A stretch of DNA of 64,000 nucleotides from positions 1,962 through 65,961 of the forward strand of contig DASVSD010000015.1 in the NCBI GenBank assembly GCA_036388255.1, read 5' to 3'. The position numbers were made by a program, and so were the translations under genes. Below the pieces are notes generated by a model. The model made no database searches and was not told the DNA's origin. It worked only from the letters and a program-made list of their open reading frames with translations. The stretch's first letter is position 1; each line of letters opens with the position of its first letter. Below, one piece after another: positions 19,162-28,119 of the stretch. This stretch comes from Allosphingosinicella sp. (lineage in GTDB: Bacteria; Pseudomonadota; Alphaproteobacteria; Sphingomonadales; Sphingomonadaceae).

Positions 19162-19725
19162 ATGATCACCCGCATCCGCGAAGTGCGCCGCGCCAAGAAG
19201 ATGACGCTGCAGGAGGTCGCCGACCGCTGCCAGCCGCCGACCACGCCGCAGACGGTCGGGCGGCTCGAGACCGGCTCCCGCACCGTCTCCGTGGGATGGC
19301 TGAACCGCATCGCCAAAGCGCTGGGCGTCGAGGCCGGCGACTTGGTCAAGCTGCCCGACCGCGAGGACGTGCCGATCGCCGCGACGCTCGAGCATGACGG
19401 CGCCAGGGCGCCCAGGCGGGAGGGCGTGATCATCCCGCCGCAGCCGGAGCCCGGCGTCGTCGCGGTGACGGTGAACGGCAGCATCGGCGACTATCGCGCC
19501 GGCGACGAGATCTGGTGCCAGCGCCTCGGGCCGGAGGAATTCGGACGGGCGATGAACCGCGACGTGCTGATCCCGCGGCCCGCGGGGCGTTTCGCTTTCG
19601 GCCGTCTGATCGGCCGCGAGGAGGGCAAGCTCCACGTCCTTCCGCTGGGCGCCGGCCAGCGCCAATCGGTTGTCGCGGACCCGCCCTGGCTCGCCGTCGC
19701 CACCCGCCTGATCCGGGGGCTTTAA
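19162..19725 (+). CDS. XRE-family HTH transcriptional regulator
   Basis: IREVRRAKKMTLQEVA...TVGRLETG...WLNRIAKAL; C-terminal domain resembles a degenerate S24 fold. Confidence 0.88.
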   Translation: MITRIREVRRAKKMTLQEVADRCQPPTTPQTVGRLETGSRTVSVGWLNRIAKALGVEAGDLVKLPDREDVPIAATLEHDGARAPRREGVIIPPQPEPGVVAVTVNGSIGDYRAGDEIWCQRLGPEEFGRAMNRDVLIPRPAGRFAFGRLIGREEGKLHVLPLGAGQRQSVVADPPWLAVATRLIRGL

Positions 19726-19732
19726 GGCAAAT

Positions 19733-19850
19733 CCGTCATCCCGGCGAAGGCCGGGATCCCAGGGGGTGAAAAGCACCGGAGGATGTGCAGCGCTCCCCGG
19801 GCGGCGGAACTCTTCACCCGACGAGATCCCGGCCTTCGCCGGGATGACGG
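19733..19850. repeat. REP-like inverted doublet (GTCATCCCGGCGAAGGCCGGGATC family)
   Basis: CCGTCATCCCGGCGAAGGCCGGGATC ... GATCCCGGCCTTCGCCGGGATGACGG; three doublets in the window. Confidence 0.9.
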
Positions 19851-19856
19851 TCCTGG

Positions 19857-20870
19857 TCAGACCGGCGCTCTACCGCCCCGCCACTCGGCGCCCCTGGCCG
19901 CGAGCTTGGCGTAGAGGGTGGGCAGGCCCGCCTCGGCGACGCGCTCGACCGGCCACCAGATCCCCTCCGCCTCCCGCCGCGGCGCCGCGGCGCAAAGCAG
20001 GCGCATGTTGAGCGCGAAATGGGTGAAGACGTGATCGACGGTGCCGGCCTCCACCCACTCGGCGTCGGCCGGGGCCGCATCGCTCGGCAGGGCGATCATG
20101 CCGCCGAGCAGGCCCCGCGGAGGGCGCTTCACCAGAAGGACGTGGCCGTCATGCTCGAGCCAGTAAGCGGTGCCGCTCCGCGAGGGCCGCGGCTTCCTTC
20201 TGGCCTTGACCGGGAAACGCTCCGGTTCGCCGGCGGCGCGGGCGGCGCAGTGCGGCGCGAGCGGGCACCGCGCACAGGCCGGCGCGCGCGGCGTGCAGAT
20301 CGCGGCGCCGAGGTCCATCATCGCCTGGGCGAAATCGCCGCTCGGCCCCACCGGAGTCACCGCGTCCACGAGCGCGCGAATGCGCTCGCGCGCGCCGGGC
20401 AGCGGCTCCTCGACGGCGAACAGCCGGGCGGCGACCCGCTCGACGTTGGAATCGACCACCACCGCCCGGCGGCCGAACGCGATCGCCGCCACCGCCGCAG
20501 CCGTGTAGCGGCCGATGCCGGGGAGCCGGGCAAGCTCCGCCTCGCTGTCCGGAAACCTGCCGCCACGGCCCTGCGCCACCGCGCGGGCGCAGGCGAGCAG
20601 GTTGCGGGCGCGGGCATAATAACCGAGCCCCGCCCAGGCGCGCATCACCTCCTCGTCGCGCGCGGCGGCGAGCGCCTCGACCGTCGGCCAGCGCCGGGTG
20701 AAGGCCTCGAAATAGCGCTTCACCGCCGCGACGGTGGTCTGCTGGAGCATCACTTCGGACAGCCAGATGCGGTAGGGATCGGGCCGCTCGCCCGCGACGC
20801 AGCGCCAGGGAAGGCGCCTTTTATCCACAGCATACCAGCCGAGCAGGGCATTTGATGCATCGACGCGCAT
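19857..20870 (-). CDS. mutY: A/G-specific adenine glycosylase
   Basis: IWLSEVMLQQT, WAGLGYYARARN, LPGIGRYTA (HhH), C-x6-C-x2-C-x5-C 4Fe-4S motif. Confidence 0.96.
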   Translation of the reverse strand: MRVDASNALLGWYAVDKRRLPWRCVAGERPDPYRIWLSEVMLQQTTVAAVKRYFEAFTRRWPTVEALAAARDEEVMRAWAGLGYYARARNLLACARAVAQGRGGRFPDSEAELARLPGIGRYTAAAVAAIAFGRRAVVVDSNVERVAARLFAVEEPLPGARERIRALVDAVTPVGPSGDFAQAMMDLGAAICTPRAPACARCPLAPHCAARAAGEPERFPVKARRKPRPSRSGTAYWLEHDGHVLLVKRPPRGLLGGMIALPSDAAPADAEWVEAGTVDHVFTHFALNMRLLCAAAPRREAEGIWWPVERVAEAGLPTLYAKLAARGAEWRGGRAPV

Positions 20871-20896
20871 GCTCCCGCTATGCCATGCTCCGCGTC

Positions 20897-21463
20897 ATGG
20901 GCAAACCGGGCGGAAAGGGCGGCAGGGCGGCCGCGGAGGCGCCGCGTTCGAAGCGGGCGCGCGCCGTTTCGGACATGCTGCCCGCGGTCGGCGGCGCCGC
21001 CTTCCGCCGGTTCGGCTTCGTCCAGTCCTCGATCGTCAGCCGCTGGCGCGAGATCGTCGGCGAGCGCTATGCGGCGGTGTCGGCGCCGGAATCGATCCGT
21101 TTCCCGCCGGGCCGCCGCTCGTCCGGCGTGCTGACCCTCGTCGTCGAAGGCGCGCACGCACCGATGATGCAGCATGTCGCGCCGACCATCGCCGAGCGCG
21201 TCAACCGCTTCTTCGGCTATGCGGCGGTCGAGCGGATCGCGTTCCGGCAAGGGCTGGTTCAGGTCGCGAAGGCAAGGTCGCGCGCCGCGCCGCCCTCGCT
21301 GAGGCCCGTGCCTGCGGGCCTCGGCGATTCGCTGCGCGCGATCGACGATCCGGAGCTGCGCGCCTGCCTCGAAGCGCTTGCGCGCGGCCTCGGCACCCGC
21401 GATGAGCCTGCCATCGCCGCGATCCCGGTCGTCGGCACCATCGGTGGAGAGAGAAAACGATGA
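20897..21463 (+). CDS. DUF721 / DciA-family protein
   Basis: FRRFGFVQSSIVSRWREIVG, ERVNRFFGY; typical position divergent from mutY. Confidence 0.85.
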   Translation: MGKPGGKGGRAAAEAPRSKRARAVSDMLPAVGGAAFRRFGFVQSSIVSRWREIVGERYAAVSAPESIRFPPGRRSSGVLTLVVEGAHAPMMQHVAPTIAERVNRFFGYAAVERIAFRQGLVQVAKARSRAAPPSLRPVPAGLGDSLRAIDDPELRACLEALARGLGTRDEPAIAAIPVVGTIGGERKR

Positions 21464-22194
21464 AGACTGTGACTGGCGCCGCGCTGGCTGCCTTTTCGCT
21501 CATGCTGGCCGGTTGCGGGGACGGCGACGGCGCCGCCAACGTCAGCAGCCAGGGCCCGATCCCCCAGATCGCGGCGCCGAACAACGGCGACTGGACGCAG
21601 GTGGTGAGCCGCACGCCCGAAGGCGGCACCCGCATCGGCAATCCCAACGCGCCCGTGAAGCTGGTCGAATATGGCTCGCTGACCTGCCCCGCCTGCAAGG
21701 CCTTCTCCGACACCGCCACGCAGTCGCTGCGCGACACCTATGTGCGCTCGGGCCAGGTCAGCTGGGAATTCCGCCATTTGATCATCCACGGCGCCGCGGA
21801 CGTCGTGCTGGCGATGCTTTCCGACTGCCAGCCGCAATCCGCTTTCTTCCGCACGATCGAGGACCTTTACGAGCAGCAGCCCGAAATCGTGAGCCGCTTC
21901 GAGGAGAGCGAGCAGCGCCAGATCGGCGCGATGCCGGCGGACCAGCAGGTCGCCGCGGCGGCGCGGGCGATGGAGGTCGGCGGCTTCTTCGCCCAGCGCG
22001 GCCTTCCGGAAGGACGCCAGAATCAGTGCCTTGCCAACCAGCAGGCCATTCAACAGCTCGCCGACAGCACCAACCGCGCGTTCAGCCAGGAGGGCGTCGC
22101 CGGCACGCCGACCTTCTTTCTCAACGGCGACAAGCTCGACGTCTCCAACTGGCGCGACCTCGAGCCGCTGCTCCGCGACCGGATCGGAGGCTGA
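21460..22194 (+). CDS. DsbA-like thioredoxin-domain lipoprotein
   Basis: Lipobox LAGC; EYGSLTCPAC; GTPTFFLNG. Confidence 0.9.
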   Translation: MKTVTGAALAAFSLMLAGCGDGDGAANVSSQGPIPQIAAPNNGDWTQVVSRTPEGGTRIGNPNAPVKLVEYGSLTCPACKAFSDTATQSLRDTYVRSGQVSWEFRHLIIHGAADVVLAMLSDCQPQSAFFRTIEDLYEQQPEIVSRFEESEQRQIGAMPADQQVAAAARAMEVGGFFAQRGLPEGRQNQCLANQQAIQQLADSTNRAFSQEGVAGTPTFFLNGDKLDVSNWRDLEPLLRDRIGG

Positions 22195-22195
22195 C

Positions 22196-22894
22196 GTGAA
22201 GCGGGTTCTCGCCATCCTCGCGGCCGCCGTCGCCCTTCTCGCGGCGCCCCTTGCCATCGTGCCCGACAGCGCCGCCGCCCAGGCGCGGCGCGACTGGACG
22301 CGGACGATCGTCGCAACGCCCGAAGGCGGCTTCCGGATGGGCAATCCGGCGGCGCGGCTGAAGGTTGTGGAGTTCATCTCCTTGACCTGCCCGCACTGCC
22401 GCGACTTCGCTGCGACCGGCGCCCGCCAGCTCGTCGACCGTTACGTCCGCACGGGCGCCGCGAGCTTCGAGATCCGGGCCTTTCCCCTGGATCCCGTCGC
22501 CGCGATGGCGGCCCAGCTCGCCCGCTGCGCCCCGGTCAGCCAGCAGTTCGCGATCAACGACGCGATGCTCGCGGCGCAGGACCAATGGATCGGACGGCTC
22601 CGGGCGCTCTCGAACGAGCAGATGAGCGCGCTCCAGCAGCTCCCCGAGCCGGAGCTGCGGGTGCGGCTGGCATCGGTGATGCAGCTCGACGCGATCGCCG
22701 CGCGCCACGGCGTGGCCGCCGCGCGGCTGCGTCCCTGCCTCGCCGACGAAGCAGGCGCGCAGCGCATCGCAGCGATCAGGGCCGGCGGCGAGCGTCTCGG
22801 CGTCAGCGGCACGCCGAGCTTCCTGATCAACGGCCGGCTCCAGGACCACGTCCACGACTGGACGGCCCTCGAGCCCCTTCTGCGCGGGAGGTAG
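22196..22894 (+). CDS. DsbA-like thioredoxin-domain protein
   Basis: GTG start after GGAGG; signal peptide; SLTCPHC; GTPSFLING. Confidence 0.88.
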   Translation: MKRVLAILAAAVALLAAPLAIVPDSAAAQARRDWTRTIVATPEGGFRMGNPAARLKVVEFISLTCPHCRDFAATGARQLVDRYVRTGAASFEIRAFPLDPVAAMAAQLARCAPVSQQFAINDAMLAAQDQWIGRLRALSNEQMSALQQLPEPELRVRLASVMQLDAIAARHGVAAARLRPCLADEAGAQRIAAIRAGGERLGVSGTPSFLINGRLQDHVHDWTALEPLLRGR

Positions 22895-22924
22895 GGGCGG
22901 CGTGAACGGCTCGGGGGGGCTCGC

Positions 22925-25900
22925 TTGCAGATAAGGCGCCTCAAGCTTTCCGGCTTCAAGAGCTTCGTCGAGCCGGCGGAGCTCCGGATCGAGCCCGGCC
23001 TCACCGGGGTCGTGGGCCCGAACGGCTGCGGCAAATCGAACGTGCTCGAGGCGATCCGCTGGGTGATGGGCGAATCGTCGCCCAAATCAATGCGCGGCGC
23101 CGGCATGGACGACGTCATCTTCGCCGGCACCGCGACGCGGCCGCCGCGCGACTTCGCCGAAGTGTCGCTGCTGGTCGAGGCGGAGGGGGACGACCTCGCC
23201 GGCGATTTCGGAGTCCCGCGCGAAGGCGAGCTGGAAGTCACCCGCCGGATCGAGCGCGGCGCCGGCTCGGCCTACCGCGTCAACGGCCGCGACGTCCGCG
23301 CCAAGGACGTCGCCTTGCTGTTCGCCGACGCGGCGACCGGCGCCCATTCCCCCGCCCTCGTCAGCCAGGGCAAGATCAGCGCGGTGATCGCCGCCAGGCC
23401 GACCGAGCGCCGGCTGATGCTCGAGGAGGCGGCCGGGATTGCGGGCCTCCACGTCCGCCGCAAGGACGCCGAGCAGAAGCTCCGCGCCGCCGAGGCCAAT
23501 CTGGTCCGCCTCGACGAGATGCTCTCCGACATGGAGCAGCGCGCCAATGCGCTGCGCCGCCAGGCGCGGGCGGCGGAGCGGTACAGGAAGCTCTCCGAAC
23601 AGATCAGGGTCGCCGAGGCGCGGCTGGTCTTCGCGCGCTGGCGCGAGGCGGCCGAGGCGGCCGACGCGGCCAAGGCCGAGGCCGAAACGGCGGTCGCCGC
23701 GGTCGAGCGCGCGGCCGAAGCCCAGCGCGCGGCGGCAGCTTACCAGAACGAGGCGGCGAAGGCGCTCGCTGCCAAGCGCGCGGCGGCGCAGGCCGCGCGG
23801 GAGCAGGCGACCGCGCTCGGCCATCGCCTCGCCACCTTGCGGGCGGAACGCGACACCGTCGCCCGCCGCATCGCCGAGCTCGCCGAGCGCCACAAGGCCC
23901 TGGTCGCCGACCGCGCCCGCGAGGCGGCGCTTCGCGAGGACGCCGGCGCCGCCCTCGCCCGTCTGGAAGAGGAAGGCGCGGCCATCGCGCGGCGGCTGGC
24001 CGAGGCCGAGGCCGGTCGCGGCACGATCGACATCCGCACCGTCGCGCTCGAGGACCAGGCGCGCGAGGCCGAGGCGGCGCTGGCCCGCGCCCGCGCGGTG
24101 CAGGCCGCGGAGCAGGCCGAGGCGCGGGTCGCCTCGGCGGGTCTCGAAGCGGCGCAGGCCCGCCTCGCCCGCGCCGAGGGCGAGGCCGAGCGCCTCCGTC
24201 TGCAGCTGGACGAGGTCGGCGAAGCCGCGCCTTTGGTCGAGGCGAAGCGCGCCGCCTTGCAGGCGAAGCAGGCTGCCGATGCCCGCTTCGCCGAGGCGCA
24301 GCGGTCGATCGAATCCGCGGAGGGGCGCCGGCAGCAGGCCGCCGCCGAACGCGACTCCGCCGAGAGCGAGGGCGCCTCCGCCCGCGCCGCTCTCTCCGCT
24401 TTGGAATCCGAAGCGACCGCTTTGATCAAGGCGGTGGAAGGCAGCAGCGGCGACCGGGCGATCAACCACGTCAAGGCCGCGCCCGGCTACGAGCGCGCCC
24501 TCGCCGCGGCGCTCGGCGACGACCTCGACGCCGCACTCGAAGGCGATGCGCCCCGACGCTGGACCGGAGCCGCTTCCGCCCCCGGCGATCCTTCGCTCCC
24601 CGGCGGGTGCGAGCGGTTGGCGGATCGCGTCACCGCCCCGGCCGCGCTGGCGCGGAGGCTGGCGCAGATCGGCGTCGTCGAGGCCGACGACGGCTCGATC
24701 GTGCTGGCCGCGGGCCAGCGCCTCGTCACTCGCGACGGCCGGCTGCGGCGCTGGGACGGCTTCGCGGCCAGCGGGCTCGGCGCCGCCGCCGCCGAGCGGC
24801 TGATCCGGGTCAACCGTCTGGCCGAGATCGAGCAGGCGCTGCCGGACGCCGCCGGGGCGGTGGCCGAAGCGCAAGCCCGGATCGACGCGGCCCGGGCCGC
24901 CATCGAGGCGGCCCGCCTGGACGCCGACGCCGCGCGCCGTGCCGAAGCGGAAGCCTCGGCCGCGATCCGCGCGGCCGCGCAGGCGGAGGATGCCGCGAAT
25001 GTCGCGATCGAACGCCTCGAGCTCAGGCGCACCGGCCTCGCCGAGCGCGCGGAGATCGCCGAGGCCGACCGCGCCGACGCCGCTTGCGCCGCCGACGAGG
25101 CCGCCGCGATGGTCGCCGCTTTGCCCGACGCAGGCGCGACGGAAACGCGCGTCGCCGAGCTTCGCGGCCGCGCGGAAGCGGCGCAGCAGGCGCTCGCCGA
25201 AGTCCGCGCCGAGGCGGCCACCCATGCCCGCGCCGTCTCCGCCGACAAGCAGCGCGCCGCCGCGGCGAAGCAGGAGAGCGAGGACTGGCGCGTCCGTGCC
25301 GCCGAGGCCGACCGGCGCCACGCGGACATGGGCCGGCGCATCGCCGAAGCCCAGGAGGAGGCCGAGCGCCTCGCCGGCGCCCCCGAGCGGATCGCCGCCC
25401 AGCTCGGCGAGATGGAGGCGACGAGCCTCGCGGCGTTCGAAGCGGCGGAGGCGGCCGCGGCGGGCGAGCGCGGCAGCGAGGAGGCGCTTCGCGAGACCGA
25501 GGCCCGCCTGGCCGAAGCCGGCGAAGCGCTCGCCACCGCCCGCGAGGCCCGCGCCGGCGCCGTCGCCCGCCACGAGAATCAGGAAGCGCGCCGCGTCGAG
25601 ATGGGCCGCATCTCGGGCGAGCGCTTCGAATGCCCGCCGCCTCTGCTTCCCGAGAAGATCGGCTTCGACGCGGCTTCGCTCGCGCCCGCCGCCGAGGAAT
25701 CGGCGCGCATGGATCGGCTCAACGCGGAGCGCGAGCGGATCGGCCCGGTCAACCTCGTCGCCGAGCGCGAGCTGGCCGAGCTCGACGAGGGCCGCGAGAG
25801 CTCGCAGGCCGAGCGCGAGGAATTGGGCCTGGCGATCAACCGCCTGCGCGGCTCGATCGGAAGCCTCAACCGCGAGGGCCGCGTCCGGCTCCTGGCGGCC

Positions 25901-26365
25901 TTCGAGCAGGTCGACCGCCACTTCCGCAGCCTGTTCACCACCCTCTTCCAGGGCGGCCAGGCCCATCTCGAGCTGGTCGAATCGGACGATCCGCTCGAGG
26001 CCGGGCTGGAGATCATGGCCCAGCCCCCCGGCAAGCGCCTCGCCACCTTGACCTTGCTCTCCGGCGGCGAGCAGGCGCTGACCGCGATCGCCCTGATCTT
26101 CGCTTTATTCCTGACCAAGCCCGCCCCGATCTGCGTCCTCGACGAAGTCGACGCGCCGCTCGACGACGCCAATATCGAGCGCTTTTGCGACCTGCTCGAC
26201 CGCATGACCGCCGAGACCGACACGCGCTACCTGATCGTCACCCACAATGCGGTGACGATGAGCCGCATGCACCGCCTGTTCGGGGTGACTATGGTCGAGA
26301 AAGGCGTCAGCCGCCTGGTCAGCGTCGACCTCGGCGGCGCCGAAAGCCTCCTCGCCGCGGAATGA
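22925..26365 (+). CDS. smc: Chromosome segregation protein SMC
   Basis: GFKSF, GPNGCGKSN Walker A, long coiled coils, LSGGE signature, LDEVDAPLD Walker B/D-loop. Confidence 0.97.
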   Translation: MQIRRLKLSGFKSFVEPAELRIEPGLTGVVGPNGCGKSNVLEAIRWVMGESSPKSMRGAGMDDVIFAGTATRPPRDFAEVSLLVEAEGDDLAGDFGVPREGELEVTRRIERGAGSAYRVNGRDVRAKDVALLFADAATGAHSPALVSQGKISAVIAARPTERRLMLEEAAGIAGLHVRRKDAEQKLRAAEANLVRLDEMLSDMEQRANALRRQARAAERYRKLSEQIRVAEARLVFARWREAAEAADAAKAEAETAVAAVERAAEAQRAAAAYQNEAAKALAAKRAAAQAAREQATALGHRLATLRAERDTVARRIAELAERHKALVADRAREAALREDAGAALARLEEEGAAIARRLAEAEAGRGTIDIRTVALEDQAREAEAALARARAVQAAEQAEARVASAGLEAAQARLARAEGEAERLRLQLDEVGEAAPLVEAKRAALQAKQAADARFAEAQRSIESAEGRRQQAAAERDSAESEGASARAALSALESEATALIKAVEGSSGDRAINHVKAAPGYERALAAALGDDLDAALEGDAPRRWTGAASAPGDPSLPGGCERLADRVTAPAALARRLAQIGVVEADDGSIVLAAGQRLVTRDGRLRRWDGFAASGLGAAAAERLIRVNRLAEIEQALPDAAGAVAEAQARIDAARAAIEAARLDADAARRAEAEASAAIRAAAQAEDAANVAIERLELRRTGLAERAEIAEADRADAACAADEAAAMVAALPDAGATETRVAELRGRAEAAQQALAEVRAEAATHARAVSADKQRAAAAKQESEDWRVRAAEADRRHADMGRRIAEAQEEAERLAGAPERIAAQLGEMEATSLAAFEAAEAAAAGERGSEEALRETEARLAEAGEALATAREARAGAVARHENQEARRVEMGRISGERFECPPPLLPEKIGFDAASLAPAAEESARMDRLNAERERIGPVNLVAERELAELDEGRESSQAEREELGLAINRLRGSIGSLNREGRVRLLAAFEQVDRHFRSLFTTLFQGGQAHLELVESDDPLEAGLEIMAQPPGKRLATLTLLSGGEQALTAIALIFALFLTKPAPICVLDEVDAPLDDANIERFCDLLDRMTAETDTRYLIVTHNAVTMSRMHRLFGVTMVEKGVSRLVSVDLGGAESLLAAE

Positions 26366-26373
26366 CCCGGGAC

Positions 26374-26486
26374 CGTCGTCCCGGCGAAGGCCGGGACCTC
26401 AGGGGAATATGCGCAGACGCCAATGGAGCGCTGCGCTTATTCCCGCGACTTCTCGTCCTGAGATCCCGGCCTTCGCCGGGATGACG
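26374..26486. repeat. REP-like inverted doublet (GTCATCCCGGCGAAGGCCGGGA family)
   Basis: CGTCGTCCCGGCGAAGGCCGGGACCTCAGG ... CCTGAGATCCCGGCCTTCGCCGGGATGACG. Confidence 0.88.
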
Positions 26487-26506
26487 AGACTTGCTACACA
26501 TGCGCC

Positions 26507-27211
26507 ATGCCCGAACCCGCGCCCCTCTCCATCGCCTTCCTCCTCTACCCCGGAGTCACTCAGCTCGACCTGACCGGACCCGCGCAGTTCCTGTCGCGGA
26601 TCGGCGGCACGATGCACTACGTGGCGAAGACCGCGGAGCCCGTCCCGACCGACGCCGGCTTCTCGATCCTCCCCACCGCGACCTTCGCCGAAATCACCGC
26701 CGCCGACATCATCTGCGTCCCCGGCGGGATCAGCTGCGTCGACGTGATCGAGGACGACGAGACCCTCGCCTGGGTGCGCAGCGTCGGCGATCGCGCTTTA
26801 TGGGTGACCAGCGTCTGCACCGGCTCGCTCATCCTCGGCGCCGCCGGCCTGCTCGAGGGCTACCGCGCCGGCAGCCACTGGGCCTGGCGCGAGCATCTCT
26901 CCTTGTTCGGCGCCGAGCCGGTGGCGGAGCGCGTGGTGTTCGACCGCAACCGTGTCACCGGCGGGGGCGTCACCGCCGGCATCGATTTCGCGCTCGCCTT
27001 GATCGCGGCGATCCGCGGCGAGGCGCATGCCCGCATCGTCCAGCTCGCGCTCGAATACGACCCCGCGCCGCCGTTCGATTCGGGCTCGCCCGAACGCGCC
27101 GCCCCGGAGCTGATCGCTGTCTACCGCAAGCGCATGGAGGCCCTGGCGCCCGGCCGCGAAGCTCGCATCCGTGCGGCCGCCGAGCGCCGCGCTGCGATCG
27201 AAAGTGCCTAG
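26507..27211 (+). CDS. DJ-1/PfpI family protein (isonitrile hydratase-like)
   Basis: TQLDLTGP, VTSVCTG, TGGGVTAGIDF, LEYDPAPPF. Confidence 0.9.
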   Translation: MPEPAPLSIAFLLYPGVTQLDLTGPAQFLSRIGGTMHYVAKTAEPVPTDAGFSILPTATFAEITAADIICVPGGISCVDVIEDDETLAWVRSVGDRALWVTSVCTGSLILGAAGLLEGYRAGSHWAWREHLSLFGAEPVAERVVFDRNRVTGGGVTAGIDFALALIAAIRGEAHARIVQLALEYDPAPPFDSGSPERAAPELIAVYRKRMEALAPGREARIRAAAERRAAIESA

Positions 27212-27594
27212 CGGATCAGCTCGATCTCGATGCCGAGCGCCTCCGAGATCTTCGTCCAGCTCCGGTCCGTGGTCAGGGCCGGAGAGCCGACTCGGCGCGC
27301 CAGAGCGAGGCAGAAGCGATCGCCCAGCGACAGGCCAACGCGGTCGGTGATCGGTCGGATCAGGCCGGCATCGATAGCCAATTCTTCATCGGCGGGCACA
27401 ACGGTCATCGCGAGAGCCCGAATGACGGCGCGGGCCTCGCGCTCGCTCGCACCGTTCCTGACTATACCGGCTACCACCTCGGCCACGTTGACGGCCGATA
27501 TGATTGCGGCGTCGAGCGCCACGCCGACGCGAGAGGCGCCAGGCTCCTTGAGCAGCGCGGCAAGGAGCGCCGATGCGTCGAGTACGACCCTCAC
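27208..27594 (-). CDS. vapC: Type II TA toxin, VapC/PIN domain
   Basis: VVLDASALLA, SAVNVAEV, GLSLGDRFCLALA, LTTDRSW. Confidence 0.92.
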   Translation of the reverse strand: MRVVLDASALLAALLKEPGASRVGVALDAAIISAVNVAEVVAGIVRNGASEREARAVIRALAMTVVPADEELAIDAGLIRPITDRVGLSLGDRFCLALARRVGSPALTTDRSWTKISEALGIEIELIR

Positions 27595-28019
27595 TCGCCG
27601 AGCGCGAAAGCGCGGCGCCGATCGGCGAGCAGCTCGTCAGAGCTCATCGGCCGGTGCGACAGCCGCGCGACCAAAGTTTGAGCGGCGGCCAGCCTGACCG
27701 GCCCGTCTCCCCTGGCATTTGCCGGACGGGCGCGCCGGTAGATGGTCCCGCGCGAGAAAAGATTGCCGGCAGCGACACGACCCTTGCGGTCCGGCGTCCA
27801 CCCTCGGGGTTCGAGCACCTCGCGGGTCCAACGCCCGACCAGCTTCTTCTCCTCGTTATTCAGCCGCCCTACTCGCGCCGCGACCTCCGCGCCGATCGCT
27901 TCGACTGCCGGTCGCCCGACCTCGGACTTGCGGATCATCCGGGAAACCGCGTCGTTCGAAGCGAAAAGGCTGGCCAGCTTAGCCCCCTTTGCCGACTGCT
28001 TGAATGCCTCTAACGACAC
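27591..28019 (-). CDS. Putative antitoxin with atypical N-terminal domain
   Basis: GTGA overlap with vapC; C-terminal SDELLADRR helix; AAGGAG RBS. Confidence 0.7.
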   Translation of the reverse strand: MSLEAFKQSAKGAKLASLFASNDAVSRMIRKSEVGRPAVEAIGAEVAARVGRLNNEEKKLVGRWTREVLEPRGWTPDRKGRVAAGNLFSRGTIYRRARPANARGDGPVRLAAAQTLVARLSHRPMSSDELLADRRRAFALGE

Positions 28020-28038
28020 CGCTTTGTCTCCTTATGTC

Positions 28039-28066
28039 GTCTTCTAGACTAAAAATGATAGAAGAC
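28039..28066. promoter_or_regulatory. Candidate TA operator
   Basis: GTCTTCTA-N12-TAGAAGAC inverted repeat, downstream of a minus-strand TTGACA at 28075-28080. Confidence 0.55.
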
Positions 28067-28119
28067 ACGGCATCTGTCAAGCGCTCGCCGGGGCAAGCGC
28101 ATGGTGATAGGGAGCATTT

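Noticed and set aside
22925-26365. SMC as part of a Wadjet or Lamassu defence system
   Set aside because: Sits in the housekeeping mutY-DUF721-dsbA-smc context, with no jet or lmu partner genes
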